DNA of 64,000 bases from Camelus dromedarius (taxonomy: Eukaryota), in contig NC_087437.1 in assembly GCF_036321535.1 (NCBI RefSeq), positions 85,066,001 to 85,130,000 on the forward strand. Direction: 5' to 3'. The translations under genes were made by a program, and so were the position numbers. Under the pieces are notes generated by a model. It saw only the letters and a list, made by a program, of their open reading frames with translations. It searched no databases and was not told the origin of the DNA. Position 1 is the stretch's first letter, and each line of letters begins with the position of its first letter. Below are positions 47,975-63,198 of this stretch, in pieces.

Positions 47975-50900
47975 AAACCAACAGAGCATGTGAATTTAGC
48001 CAATCTCATACAATTGTATTAAAATCTTTCAGATTACATAAATTATATAAATAAGGTTAAATTTTTTGGAATATGAGTTTTTGCCTTAAAATATCCACAT
48101 ATGTATTTTAGAGGGAAATTGAAAAATATTATTTCATGAACTGCCAGCCAGGTGTTATTTTGAACAAGACAAATTTAAAATAGTTGTCAAACCAAATTAT
48201 TGTATCATGATCTGCTTTTCACTAATATATTTTTATTGTCTAAATGTCAGAAATGAGATAAAATAAAAGTACTTTTGTTAGTGTTTATTTCAGTTGGTGA
48301 AACATTTAAATTTTTTGTTTGAAATTGTGAAAACTTTAGAAACACTTAAATTTTCTGTAATTTATATAAATTAAAAAATATAAAATTCTTCAAAGTGCAG
48401 ACATACTTTAAAATCATCACACACTTTGATAGTGTAAGATTCAAAGATAAATTTCCACTGCAGAGCACAGAGGAGGACTTCAAAATATTGGAAATAAATA
48501 GCACTTATCTGAGTTTCTCTTTGCAGATGCATTTAGGATTTTTTTTACTTACTGAAACTGCTATACCAATAGTTTTTACTCTGAAGGATTATTGCTGTGT
48601 AATCTTATAAAAATTATTTATTCTCACCACAGAAACTGTTTTCATTATGAGTATCAGAAAAATGAACATTAAATATCTGCCTGTTTATAAAGTTCAGTGG
48701 CGACTTTGTTAATTTCTTTTTCATGACATATCAATAAAATTCTAAAATGAACTTTTAGTAAGGACAATGGATTTTAGTAATGTACCAGAAAGAACTGGGT
48801 AATTGAGCATCCAGATTAGTAAATGCTAAAATATTCAAAGTTTGGACATGCTCCATGAAGGCCAGTCTTTCAGTAGTGAGTTGTTAATGTAAATTTGACT
48901 TCTGTCTGGACCTCCATAAAGAATTGCTTCTTGGAATCATAGAATAATGTAGAACATTTGAAATAATCTCATATAATCTTCCATTTTAGAAAGGTGATAA
49001 ATGCCCACACATTAAGAACACAGTCGAGTGCCTCAAAGCTGGTGTCTGTGGAGAGTAATGTGTAAGACCCTGGTAATTTGTTTCCCAAGAGGATATTTTT
49101 AAAAGTGATTAAAGTTTTAGGTGATTCATTTTGACACTTAAATACATATATTTTAGTATATAGAGTAATATTTTTATTAATAAATATATTGACTGAATCC
49201 ACAAATAAAATCTTTCTAGATATATTCCAGTGGGTCACTAACTATTTCATCTATGACTCAATGATTAAGATTATTAAAATTTATAGTTGGAACACAATCT
49301 TTTTAATAATAAATTGATACTATGAACTCTGTCTAAAATTGATAAGATATATGATGTTTATAAAAGTTAGACTCATACACTAAATTACATATATTTTATA
49401 TTATCTATGAATAACATTCTTAAGTTATTTTTGAAATCTAGATAAGTAAAAATATTTTTATTAAAAGTTCTAAATATTTTAAAAAATACTTCAAGTATCT
49501 GTATATTTTAATGTTCAAAAATCATTTTTAAAAATATAGTGCAAATAATAGTTCTAAAAATTCTCAGTTTTGCAGCTAAATATGTCTTTGATAGCAATAT
49601 GCTTAATTTATACTTCAATGTATATTTAATACACGTTATAACATGTAGTCTAAAGATTACATAACATATAGCAATCATGATAATAATGTAAAGTATAATC
49701 ATGATCGTGGAATTTGACTTGTGAGGAGTTACTAACAGTGGTTACAAAATGAAAGAAATGGTTGAATTAGTTTACTAGTCGATATATTCACATCCTTTAA
49801 ATGAATTTTGTTTGAATTTTTACTTGAGATATCTATTTTATTTTATTTTTTCAAAAGACATGGCAGCCTTCAGGAGAGTGGCAATTTGCTTGTTCTTTTT
49901 TCAAGATGTCTTACATTTGTCCTTTGATATACCTTTACTGATACAATAGCACCCAAAAAAAAAAAGAAACAGAAAAGTATTTCCAAGAGGAAATGGATAC
50001 ATAACAAATATGAATCATTTTCAAGAATATCTCATTGAATACCATTTGAAATACAGACATCTCTACCACAAATTGCAGGTGTATGACAGTAGATTTAATA
50101 CTGAAAATGGAGTTAGAGGACCAGTTCCAGAAATACTTTTTATTCTCAGTGTGAATTTGTGCATGCCATGAATTATCAATCTAAGGTTATTTATACTAAA
50201 AAAATGTATAATGACATTGCATAAATTTCCATGTTGTTGTAATTATTATACAAAATCAAGTATGTGAAAATGCTTATAAGCTTAAAATCTAAAATTACAT
50301 CAGCTATTAGGAGTTTTCTAACATTAAAATTAATTCATCTGTTTATGATAGTTATGTATTTTTGATAACTAAAAAAAGATGTTATATAAAAATTTTCTTA
50401 CCTAAAATGTCTAGCTTAATGATGTTTGAAGCTTATAAAATTGGTACATATAGGTATATAAAACTAGTGAATCATTTGTTTGTTTTGAGTATTAAAGGAA
50501 ACAATATATATAAATGACCTAATACCTTGCATGCATTATGTACTCAGTAATACGCTAAAATCATACTAAATATCGGTCCCAATGGAATAGAAGAATTTAA
50601 ATGCTTCTGGTATTTGCATGAGGATAAAATTCAGCATTTCTCCCTTTAATATATAAAGCATTTCTTGCTTAATCATACATTACTCATTAATGAAGAAGCT
50701 GAATACTAATTAAACAAATATGGGTGAATGTGAAAACCAATTTAAAAATGCCTCCAGGATTTTTTATTGTCTTTAATAGAAGCCAAAAAGCAATACCAAG
50801 AGTTAAGCAGCATACATAATACTTGGAAATTTGTAATCACCTTTGTTCTCTAGTCACAGAGTTATTTAGTGAGGGTCTTGCTATTTTTGATTTGATAGGA

Positions 50901-52589
50901 ATATTAAAACTCCTGAAGATCCTCAAACTTGTTTTTTTCCCTGAAGTATGAATTCAGATAGTTGTATGTTATATTGTGTTATAAAAAATTTAAAGAGTAC
51001 CAGCTGGACACAAAACCTGCTTAGAGTTTTTACTGAGTCTACGTTCTATTGTTTACCTGATTACCACCATTTACAAATTCAGTTTATGCAAAATAGAAAG
51101 ATCTTAAAATTTGAAGTAAATATACTTAACATTTCATATAATTTTCTCAGAATTTGGATTCCAGAAGCATGTGTTTTAGTTAAAAATGTAAATGATATGA
51201 AATGTGATGCATTCTTTAATATTAATCAGTTAACTTTTTTGAAATAAAAATATCTGATACTTCTGAAGTTTACATTCGCATGGATGTCTAAGAAAATGAT
51301 TTATTTTAAACTCAAATAGTATTTGAAGGAAATACAGTTAAGTATGGATAAAAACCCTCTGAGTTGGTAAAAAAAATTCAAGTTGTTTTGTTAATATAAC
51401 GTCCTTCCTCTATAAGAATCCCATAACTATGAGCTTTTTGTTACATTGTCTTTTAGCTTTTGCTAATGATTTCTGTGTAGTTACTACCTATCTGTCCCTA
51501 GTGGTTAAAACTACTGGGCCATATTTTCCTATCTCAGTTACGACACATATTTGGCAATACAAATACCTGCTGGGAAATCATAGGATCATAGAATATTATA
51601 GCTCAAAGGGACTTAGAAATTGTTTGATGTCCTTGAGTTTTTTATTTAAATGAAAACTTCCATTGCTTCCATCGTTTAAAAGCAGTACAAGTATAATTGC
51701 CTAGTTGCAACAGGGCAGTAGACCTAAAATTCAGCCTTCTCATTGTTCTCTTTCTTATCTGTTTCCCTGATATGGCCTTGAAGGCACCTACTCCAAGAAC
51801 ATTCTGTAGTGGACGTGATATATCTGAAGCTCAGAGAGGTAAGGTACATGCTAATGGTCACTCAACTCTGTCATGACATTCTTTATTGGAATTCAGTTGT
51901 CTAGGATCCAAATATGTTATCCTTACTTCTTCACTACCTAATGTCAGCTGGTGATGTTTTATTCTTACAAAAAATACATAGCTTCTCAGCAGCAGACTGG
52001 GTCATATTTCTTTGGTGTGAGACTCTTAAGGTGGGGACATGGCAAAAGGGAAACAAGGTAGAGATGAAGTGTGATACATGGGCTTGTATATTTTTTAGAA
52101 AATCCCACTTTGCAGCAAAGGCCAGGGCTAGTGGTATTAAGTTAAAGGGAAGTAATATTGATTTTTGTATTCAAAATCATCCTAGTTGTGTAATACAGTT
52201 GGTTTCTGCTTCTCAGGTATCTTGCTCTAGAACTTCATTTGCACATCCCCAACCCTATATCCAAAACTGAACTGTGTTTCCTTCTGTGGCAGATGTTGAA
52301 TTCTTTCCTATCTACTATCTATTTTTTACACCTTCCTTTCTTCCATTATACTATATCCATTTTTTTTTTTTTTTTTTTTTTGGTAAGGGAATGCCAGTTG
52401 TTCAAGTAAAAGACTACATTTTCAAGTCTCTCTCAACATTAGATGCTGTTATGTGACCTAGTTCTAGTCAAATGAAATACCAGCCATAGCAGTTAGGTAG
52501 GACTTCCAGGAGGTCTGGCTGAAAAAGGAAGAAAGCTCAGTGAGGTATTGGATGTCCTCCCTCTACTCCTACTCTCTAGTAGTCTCTTT

Positions 52590-53165
52590 AATATCACTTG
52601 TGTCTAAATACCGTCCATTCTCAACACAGCATCTATATCGACCTTTTACCAACGTAAATTAGATAATCCTTTCACTCCTTTCTTTAACCACTTTAATAGT
52701 TCTTAACCATATTGAGATTTAAATAAAATTCCCTTAGCGTGGCAAATAAACTCTATGTGTTTATTCCCTCTATATCTCTCAAGACTCTTAGTAGTTTTTC
52801 CTTTTCTTGGTCCACTAGGCATTAGAACTTTATCAGGTTTTCAAAGGTGCCCAGATCCTTTCTACTCATTTTGCCTGGAATGGTTTTTCCCTGTTGCTAA
52901 TAGCTGGCTCCCTCTTGCTACAGAATTTTAGCTTAAAGTCATCTCTTCCCAGAGAACTTCCTTAATGCAATCTTAAAAAAATCACTCCCGTATCACTCTA
53001 TCTTCATCTTTTGTGAACTACGGTGTTTGCTGTGCAGTAGAGTATTTATTTATTCACTCTCTACTCTCATGAGAGCAGAGAGCTTGGCTGTTCTGTTCTC
53101 TCCTGAATCTCAGATCATGGTGGGCACTCTGTAAGCATTTTTCAACAGGATGTATAAATGAATAT
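52590..53165 (+). mobile_element. Ancient L2 LINE 3' fragment
   Basis: Pyrimidine-rich L2-like text (ttttgcctggaatggttttt, gcttaaagtcatctcttcccagagaacttcct) ending aaatgaat. Confidence 0.55.
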
Positions 53166-54453
53166 TCACGTGCTTTGATATGGCATTCATCATTTTCTAC
53201 CTAAATAAATAGTTAGCCATTTACATCTATTACCAGTTTAAGTGCAAATTCCAACCTGGAGCCATACTCCATGTGTTTCATTTTTTAGGAAATCAGTTTC
53301 ACAGTAACCAGTTGTTTTTACCCCAAGGGTCATGTCACAAAATAATTATCACTTGATAAAAGTCAAGAACATTTTGTTGCTTTCTTTCAGTATTTAACAC
53401 TTTATATTTTATTCACACTGCCATCTTCTTCACTCTCTTGGGAAACCTTTCTTATATATTAAATACTTGTCTTCTACAGCTCCCATTAGTTATATGTGTA
53501 TCCTTGAATAAATATAGCGTGATTTACATAAATTACATTACATTGAATATCTCTCCATTTCTTATTTTTAATACTCAAAGCTATGCTTGTGAGAGCTATC
53601 CATGTTGCTTTATATACATCCAATTATTTATTTCAAAATGCTAAATAACATCACCTTATAGGTAAAGGTAAATACCACATCATTGTAATTAATTTATTTA
53701 GTGATAAAAACTGTTTTTTTTCTATAACAATTTTATCACCATATGTAAAATTTCACATCTAATATTTCTATGTGAGCCAAATATTAGCCAAATCATAAGG
53801 GGAAAATTATGGCTTTACAACACCAAAATTAAAAACTGTGCTCAATAAGAAACACAATCCATGAAGTTAATGTATGAGTAAATGACTGGAAATATATCTT
53901 TGTAACGTGCACAATCTGTAAGCGAATAATACTAAAAAAGAGTAAAAAAAGTTTCTATACCCCATGGGAAAAAGAAAAATGGATACAGGATATGAGTTGA
54001 GAGCTCTCTTAATTTTCTCAACTAACGCATTGGCTTTCCTTTATAATTTCTCATATATGACACATACACTGCACACACACATACCACACAGTAATAACTG
54101 AGTAGATGGATACACGAACAAATTCAGATGTACGCATGAATAAATGACATTATTATGTGATCTGTTACACAGTTATATTTAAGTTTCTTATGTGTGAATA
54201 GGGATGAATGATCTTTAATTCAACTTAGGTGTATAGAAAAATCAGATATATTACATAGATAAAATAAAAATTAAAATGTTAGCATAAAATACTATTTAAT
54301 TCTACATGATCATTAACAAAATGCTCACTTAGAAATATAAATTTAATTTATTTGGTATCAAAATACTATTGAAAAATGTACTTTCAGAAAATGCAAACTC
54401 GTATATCTTCTCCATCATGATACATAATGCTTTGCATGATCTAACACAGTTTT

Positions 54454-56735
54454 GTTTGTTTATTTGTTTGTTTTTTAATTGAAGTCTGGTTGATTTACAA
54501 TATTGTGTTAGTTTTAAGTGTACAGCAAAGAGATTCAGTTATATATGTACATATTTTTTCAGATTATTTTCCTTTATAGGTTATTACAAGATACTGAATT
54601 TTGTTTCTTGTGCTACACAGTAAATGCTAGTTGTTTACCTGTTTTATATATAGTAGTGTGTATCTGTTAATCTCATACTCCTAATTTACCCCTCCCCTTC
54701 CCTTTCCCCTTCGTTAACCATAAGTTTGTTTTCTATGTCTGTGATCCTGTTTCTGTTGTATACATAGATTCATTTGTATTATGTTTAGATTCTGCATGTA
54801 AGTGATGTCATATGATATTTGTCTTCTTCTGTCTGACTTACTTCACTTAGTATGATATTCTCTGTGTCCATCCATGTTGCTGCAAATGACAACATTTTGT
54901 TTATTTACAGCTAATATTCCATTGTATATATGTACCACTTCTTCTTTATCCATTCATCTGCTGGTGGACACTTGTTTTACTTCCATGTCTTGGCTATTGT
55001 AAATAGTGCTGCTATGAACATTGGGGTGCATGTATCTTTTCAAATTAGAGTTTTCATCTTTTCCATATATATATATGTATATACCCAGGAGTAGGATTGC
55101 TGGATCATATGGTAACTCTATTTTTAGGTTTTTAAGAAACCTCCGTAATATTTTCCATAGTAGGTGCACCAATGTACATTCCCACCAACAGTATATAAGG
55201 GCAATATTTTCTCCACACCCTCTTCAGCATTTATTATTTGTAGACTTTTTGACAACAATCATTCTGACAGGTGTGAGGTGTTACCTCATTGTGGTTTTAA
55301 TTTGCATTTCTCTAATAATTAGCGATGTTGAGCATCTTTTCATGTGCCTATTGTTCATCTGTATGTCTTCACTGGAGAAATGTCTATTTAAGAATTTTGC
55401 TCATTCTTTTATCGGGTTTGATTTTCTTTGATATTGAGTTGTATGAATGGTTTGTGTATTCTGGAAATTAACCCCTTGTCAGTTGCATCATTTGCTAATA
55501 TTTTCTACCAATTCTGTAGGTTGTCTTTTTATTTTATTTATGGTGTCCTTTGCTGTGCAAAAGCTTCTAATTTTTGTTGATCCCATTTGTTTATTTTTGC
55601 TTTTATTTATTTTGCCTTTGGAGACTCACCTAAAAAAAATTGCTATAATTTATGTCAGAGAATGTTTTGCCTGTGTTCTCTTCTAGAAGAATATTTATGG
55701 TGTCATGTCTTATATTTAGATCTTTAAACCATTTTGAGTTTATTTTTGCGTATGGTGTAAGGGATGTTCTAATTTCATTGATTTGCATGCAGCTGTTTTC
55801 CCAACACCATTTGCTGAAGAGACTGTCTTTACTCTGTTGTATATTCTTGCTTCTTTTTTCAAAAATTAATTGACTGTAGCTGCATGGGTTTATTTCTGGG
55901 CTCTCTATTCTTTTCCATTGATCTATATGTCTGTTTTTGTGCCAATATCACACTGTTTTGATTACTGTAGATTTGTAATGTTGTCTGAATTGTGGGAGGG
56001 TTTTACCTCTAGCTTTGTTCTTTTTACTCAGTATTGCTTTAAAATTCTGGGTCTTATATGGTTCCATGTAAATTGTAGGATAATTTGTTCTATGTCTGTG
56101 AAAAATGTCATTGCATGGGTAATTTGGTATGGATCACATTAAATCTGTGGATTGCTTTGGGTAATATGGCCATTTTAACAATATTGATTCTTCTAATCCA
56201 AGAGCATGAGTTTTCTCTCCATTTCTTTGAATCACCTCAATTTCCTTTATTGATGTTTTATAGTTCTCAAGGTATAAGTCTTTCACCTCCTTGGTTAGGT
56301 TTATTCCTAGGTATTTCTTGACCCAATTTTAAATGGGATTTTTTTTTTCACTTTCTCTTTCTGATATTTCATTGTTAGTATAAAGAAATGCAACAGAGTT
56401 TTGTGTGTTAATCTCATATTTTGCTGCTTGACTGTATTATTTTATTAGTTCTAACAGTTTTTGTGTGGTATCTTTAGGGTTTTCTATATAGAGTATCATG
56501 TCATTTGCATTTAGTGACAGTTTAACTTCTTCCCTTCCAATTTGGATACCTTTTATTACTTTTCTTTGTCTGATAGCTGTTGCTAGGATTTCCAATACTA
56601 TGTTTAATAGATGTGGTGAAAGAAGACATCCTTGTCTTATTCTAGAATTTAGCAGAAAGGTTTTCGGCTTTTCACTGTTGAGTATTATGTTGTTGAGGTA
56701 TATTCCCTCTGTGCCCACTTTGGTAAGAGTTTATA
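54454..56735 (-). mobile_element. LINE-1, about 2.3 kb, 5'-truncated (RT domain to 3' UTR and tail)
   Basis: (GTTT)n-degraded T-tail at about 54450-54476; ORF2 peptide [24 protein letters not shown]...[28 protein letters not shown] cacagtttt at 54445 and 56738. Confidence 0.96.
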
Positions 56736-57759
56736 ACCACAGTTTTTATTGCATATCATTTTATAATTAAAAAAAATGCTTGGTGTATATTTGAGCATTC
56801 TTTTTTCTTTGTTATGTTTACCTTGGTATTCAACAGATTGGCTTTTTAGTATTTGATACTGCATTGTACTTCTTAATCCTCTAAATGCCTTTTATAAAAC
56901 AAAATATCCCTTGGTGTTTTATTTCTGCCCTTTAACGTTAGCTCTATTGAATCCATCGGTACTGGATGCACCAGTATAGCTGACACAGAAAGGTATTCTG
57001 TGGAACAAAGGCACTTAGAATAAATCTCTAAGTCACAGAGTTGACTGTAGGTTATTGAACTTTTTTTTTTCAATGCATTGCTTGCTATTAAAAAAGCTAA
57101 AGAAAAGAAAAAAACATTATTCAGCAAAAAATAAAGAAAAATAGCTTTCTCTTCAATCATGAAAAAAATGTCCATTTTTAAGGGAATGTTTTTATATAAA
57201 CAGAAGAGCCAAAGCATTAACAGGTAATAGAAAAGCCATTAACTTGGGTTATATCTTGTTTGGTGCTAAGAAAGTCAATTGGTTTCAGAATTATTAACAA
57301 TTTGTTTTTTAAGATTTGTTTTCCAATCTTCAAAAACTATACTGCAGATAAGCTTCATATCATTTGTTGTAGAAAGTATATACTGGCTTTAAAAAAGAAT
57401 CTGGATTCTCAGGGCAGCAGTAAAGTAAAGGAAATTACATCTGAAGCAAGACCCATACGGAGGTCACTAGCAATTCTCCTAGATGTTTTTTCTTAAAATT
57501 AAACTACAAATACTATAAACAATCGTTCATGAAACGTGAAGGAAATATTGCTTACCTAATATGGTGACCCCTGAAGTGACATTCTAGATCTAAGTGGTAC
57601 TTTGTTCTCAGAAATAAGACCCAAGCAGCATGTTGGTGTTTAAAAGAAAAAAATAAGGTGCTCTACTGTTAAACAGCCAACTAAAAGAAATTTAGTAGTA
57701 AGTCATAATGTTTACCTAAAGCAGAGAGTCAGCTGTTCTTATCTAATAGGATATTCTGC

Positions 57760-60410
57760 ATAGTAATACTTTATTATTAATTTTAAATTTTATTTGGTCT
57801 TTTTGTGAAAAGGTGTTAGTATGTATAGCACATAATTTAAAATTACCAAAGTTTTCATGGAAAATAAATCTCCCTCCCATTCTTTCCCCAAGCCATTGTA
57901 GTCCCCCTCCTAGAGGCAACCTCTGATACCACTTTTTGTATATTTTTTCAAAGAGATTGTATCTCATATATTAGGACAGGGGCATATTGCAGGACAAACT
58001 CAGCACTGTAAAATCCAGATAAACCATTCACATAGATTATGATGCAAATGATGCTCTTGAAGTGGTTCAACACAGGAGCTCTGCTATCAACAGAAACACA
58101 TACTTAAATAAAGAGTAGCATAAGAAACACAGTGCTCTGCATTTTTTTTTTCCATTTACAATATTTTGGAGATAATTTCATTAGAATATATGTGTATGTA
58201 TATATATACATATATGTAGTTACATAATTTTTGGTAGCTACCTGATATTCCAATTTATGGTTATACTGTTATGTATTTAACCAACATATATTAATAAGAA
58301 CTTATTTGGTTTCCAAATATTTGATATTTAAAGCAATGCTGCAATAAATATTCTTATACATATTTAATTTTGCATAGATACTGGTATCTCTGTAATATAC
58401 ATTACAAGAATTAGAATTTTTGTGTCAAAGAATATATACACTTTTAACATTGAAAGATAGCTCCAGATTGTTCCTAGCAGATTTCACCAATTTATAGTAC
58501 CAGTGGCCAACAGTACAGTATTTGATCATCAATCTAATAGAAAAGATAGTATATCTCAATAAAATTTTTTTCATTTCTTTTAGGTTAAAAAATCAAATTT
58601 TAAGACTGTATTTTCTTTTCTGAAAAATATCTCTTGATAGATTTTGGACATTTTTCTATTGATATATTAATCTTCCCTAACTGAGTTATCATGCATAAAT
58701 ATTTCCCTCATTTCTTACACACTACGGATAACAGCCTTTGGCCTGTGAGTTCCAAATGTTATTTCTCTGATATTGATTTTATTATAACTTTGTGATGTTT
58801 CTATTTACCAAAATGTTTTAATTTTATGAACTCATATATTTCAACTTTTGTTTTTGAATTTTTGAATTTGTGTCATATTTAGAAAGATCTTCTCTAAACT
58901 AAGAATAAAAAGAAAATAGATCCATTTTTCAATATTTTATGACTTATTTTTCACTTAGAAATATTTTCTTATTCCAGATATTTTGAAATAAGTTCTGTTT
59001 TGGTAATCCAATCGTTATTCTTTTTTATATATGTATATTTGTTTGCCCCCAAATTTATTGAATTATGTATCTCTTCCTTACATTAATAGACACTTTTAAG
59101 CATATAATGTTTTAAAGCACTTGTGACTGTATCTGGGATTTCCACTTTTCCATTGATTTTTTTGTGCATTCATGTACCATATCAAAATATTACTATGAAT
59201 TTATTTAATATATGATGACAACAACCTCATACTACCATTTTCTTTTCAGAAATGTCTTTTTTTGTTTCTTTATTTTTTCGTATAGATTTTATAATTAAAT
59301 TGCTTACTTCCATACTCATCCCCAATCCTATCGTTTATATTAGAAATATGATAACTCACAGAGTATCTTAGTGGGGTGGGAATCCTTGTGATGTTATCAG
59401 TTTCTATTTAGAACATGGCATGTTACTAAAAGTAATTTTCATTCCATCTCAAACCCAGAAATAAGTAAACAAGAACATATACTCTCCTGAAATAAGATGA
59501 AATTTAGATTTAATTAAAGCATGTGGATTACTTAATGTGCTGAGTAAACACACCTCACCTCAAATGCTCATAAGTCTTTTAAACAGATGACTTTATTTAA
59601 TAGTTTAAGAAACTGAGAGTCAAATTATTAATTAATGCACCTAAGGACATCCAGCTAGGGGTTGATGAACCAGCCTACCACAGCTAGAATTTGCCATAAT
59701 ATTCTACTATATTGCTATATCACATATTTGTCTAGCTACTCATCTCTCTATCCATCCATTCATTTATTTTGTGGTGTATTATAAATTAATTCACAATATC
59801 AGTACATATCTTGCAAAATACTTCCCTGTGCATACCTTTATTAGAGATCAACATTTGTTCATGCGTCTTTCTCTTATTTTAAACATACAATGACATAACT
59901 ATACCATTTGATGAATGTAATCTTAACCTCCATTAAAATATAGAATATTACCATCATTTGAGAAAGCTCCATTTTTTTCCCCTTTCCAATCAGTCACCAC
60001 TCCTGAGGCAACCACTACTCTTATTTTTTAAATCCATGTAATTAGCTTTTACCGATTCTAGAATTTCTCATGAATGAAAGCAAACATACACTATGTATTC
60101 TGCTGCATAAAACTTCTTTCATACAGTATAAACCTTTTAATATTCATGCATGGCGTATGTGTATTAGTAGATCCTATTTTCACTACTGATTAGTATATCA
60201 TTATATAAATATGTCACAGTTTACTTGTCCATTCTTCTAAAGGTGAACACTTGGGATGTATCTAGATTTTGCTTATTATGATTAAAGCTATTATGAACAT
60301 TTTTGTAAATTTTCTTTTTGAAGGCAAACTTTTTTCTTTATAAATATCTCAGATTAGAATTGCTGGGCCATAGTGTAGTCATGAAAGTTTGCACCATGTT
60401 ATACTCCCTC
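57760..60410 (-). mobile_element. Patchwork of ancient L1M/L1ME 3' fragments with small interspersed elements
   Basis: Antisense ancient-L1 3' motifs: cctagaggcaacctctgataccacttttt, ggtttccaaatatttgatatttaaagcaatgctgcaataaatattctt, ctgaggcaaccactactctt, gaattgctgggccata. Confidence 0.6.
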
Positions 60411-60678
60411 CAATAATGGATCAGGGAAAACCCATCGTGGTATAGGGTAGAGTAACCATCATAACTGCCTTGTGTGTGCACATTTTCCAAGTCAACACAC
60501 CTGAACCCATTATTATTGTTCAATCAGTGACTTCCATATAGTAGCTATTTATATCCACATTCAGATTCCCTCTACACAAGAATGTTTGTGTACCTGTCCC
60601 TGCCCTAGTATCGTAAGGCATAAAGAGAGAAACTGTTTCTTGATGTGTCTTTCTTGCCCACTGATTCTGAGCCATTTG

Positions 60679-60851
60679 CAGTTTTTCTCCCCAGAAGACA
60701 TTTCAGCAATGCCTGGAATCATGTTTGGCTTTTACACCTGTCGGGGAGGTTTACCAGCATCTAGTGGGTAGAAGCCATAGAAGCTGCAAATATTCTACAG
60801 TGCATGAGACAACCCTCCCCAAATGTCAAGAGTAAAGACTAAAAAATCCTG
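60679..60851 (+). mobile_element. MER20-like hAT-Charlie non-autonomous DNA transposon
   Basis: cagtttttctc...ccccagaagacatttcagcaatgcctgga...gcatctagtgggtagaagcca...tattctacagtgcatgagacaaccc...caaatgtcaa...aaatcctg follows the MER20 consensus layout. Confidence 0.75.
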
Positions 60852-63198
60852 CTTTCGCCTAAGGCTTGTTTCTTCATAATTTCCTGTCTCAACATGCCCA
60901 CTTCGCAGAAAGATTGACATTGAAAACAAACATCTAATGTTTTCTGGAAATCCACTTCCCACAAATTACTTCAGAAACAGTTCAACATCTGTACTTTGGG
61001 AGTTTTTCTGAGTTAACATCAATGCTGGAATTTAATTCTGTTATAATGTTCTTTTCTCCACTGTGAAATAGTGAAACAAAGAACATGCCCTTCTCTCTCT
61101 CTGCAGTTCCCTTTGTCTTAGCTGTCATCTACTGGTAACGACCTTTCAAAAAAGCATGTAAACAGTCTTGCAAGTAAAGCATCTTTTTCTATCACAAGAC
61201 TGTCTACGTTTGCATAAAGCTGAGGAACAGTCCTCTTTCTTATAATGTGAGAACACACTCTGCTTGCATTTCAGCTCCCAAAATTAAAGAATCAGGAACA
61301 ACCAAAGTAAGTCATTTATAAAACAGCTCTTAGTTTATATTAAGAGACATTGTAGTAGTTTTTTTTTTTATCCTAAGCAAAGTAAATCTTTCTTTGCAAC
61401 ATTTAAATGGAACAACCAAATGTTTTTTATCATTAAAAAAGAAAAAGATGAGTGCATCCCAAAGTGGATTTTGGTATCCTCGCCCTTTCAGGAAGGAGCA
61501 GCACTATTACAACTGCCTGATAATCTATTCAGATTCTCATCCTCCTCAGTTCTGTCAGTCTGTCTTTCGTTGGTGAGAAGGAGTGCTTTAACTGGAAAGC
61601 CGGTGTGCAGGCAGTAGTACCCTGTTGTCAAACAGACACATTGATTCTCCCGCAGTCAGTATTCTTTGGGGAAGCAAGTGGGTTAGATACACAAAAATGA
61701 ACCTGCAGCTTCGAGGCTGGATACTGAATCGTTTCCATCAGAGACATTGGTCAGGCATTTAACAGCCTGATGCACTCTCTTCTTAGATCTGAAGACCTGA
61801 CTCTAGTTTACTTAAAAGTCAACTTTGAAGCACTCACTCTGCCAAGCGCTCGGCTAAGTGTGGAGAATAAAAATTTTACAGGCTGTAACTCTAACATCTC
61901 TTGTCAATCCCTAATTTTGACTTTTGGTGCTTGTGAAAATTGCGTAATAAAACTAATTTCAGCCTTCTCTGTTTCATCTACTTCTACTCATTTTCTGAGC
62001 TCTGCTTTTCTAATTCCAGTTTGATAACTTAATTCCAACTGTTCATCTTGATTACTTTGCTTGATAATTTATCTTAGAATTTCAACCCCTAATGCATAAC
62101 CTGCCTTCAATTAATCCTGACTCCCTAGGCAAGACACTATCATCTTTACCTTAAACTGTTATTTTTGTTTTAAAACTGTGATTCTTTTAGTGCATAGGTT
62201 TTTAATGTTAATTCCACAATAGTATCGATTACATACTATCATGCAAGAATAAAGAAATAAATGTGGGTGTAAATAAATGTACCACTTATTCAATCTTTTA
62301 GGAAATTAATGAGCAAAAGTGTTATTCAGCTTTATAGCATCAATGTTTATATTACACTTAGCTGTTTTCAAATTACCGGGTCCTGTTCAGTTTTACTATG
62401 ATTCACGATCACTTCCCTTAAAAAAAAATTGACGCAGGACTAGTCAGTGAATGTGAAAATAACTAGTTTTTTGCTCTTTAAGTGTTTTTCTAAAATTTTT
62501 TTTCAGAAAAGAGTTAACACTACTCATTATATGTTGCTAGCCTCCTCAGAGAATGGCACCTTGATCAGCAACTCTCAGTCACCACTTGTAGTTTATAATT
62601 TGACAAGAGTCAGTGAAGATTAAAAATGTTAACAATAGATCCCTTTTATGAAAGAAGAAGCAATAGTTTCTGCAGAAAGGCTGATAACCTAAGACACTAA
62701 GTAGTTTTTAGCAACAGGTAACTATGAAACTCTTCTTTAAACCAAAAGAAATTCCTGACCAGATAGCTAGTAATGAACTTCAGATAGAAGGCTCAAGAGA
62801 GTCTAAAATTAACTTCATATAATTCTCAAATCTGAACGCAATCTCAGCCATTAATTAACAGAAGCAAAAGACCTTTAGCAAAGGATATTAGAAACAGGAG
62901 TCTAAAGGAGAACTAAAGAACATGTATTTGTAATATTTCCTATGTATTCTTTATATTCTAGAATTCCACTCATAAAGTGACTTCATATTTAAAGTGTTTA
63001 ATATTTCACTTTATAGTATCACAAAATAAAGTCCAATGCATGTTATGTACCTAGTTTCCGTCCAAGGTAACATATTCATAAAACAAATGAGAAGCATTCT
63101 AAAGTATGTATGTTAATAATAATAATTACAAATAGCTAGCAATTATCGATTGCTTGCTTCAGGCCCAGCACTGTTATATTCTAAATGTTTCATGTGTG

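Noticed and set aside
51914..52270. 118-aa ATG-initiated ORF
   Set aside because: Starts in MIR-like sequence, no recognisable homology or exon structure.
54954..56770. Chain of hydrophobic plus-strand ORFs
   Set aside because: Antisense translation of L1 ORF2 and 3' UTR.
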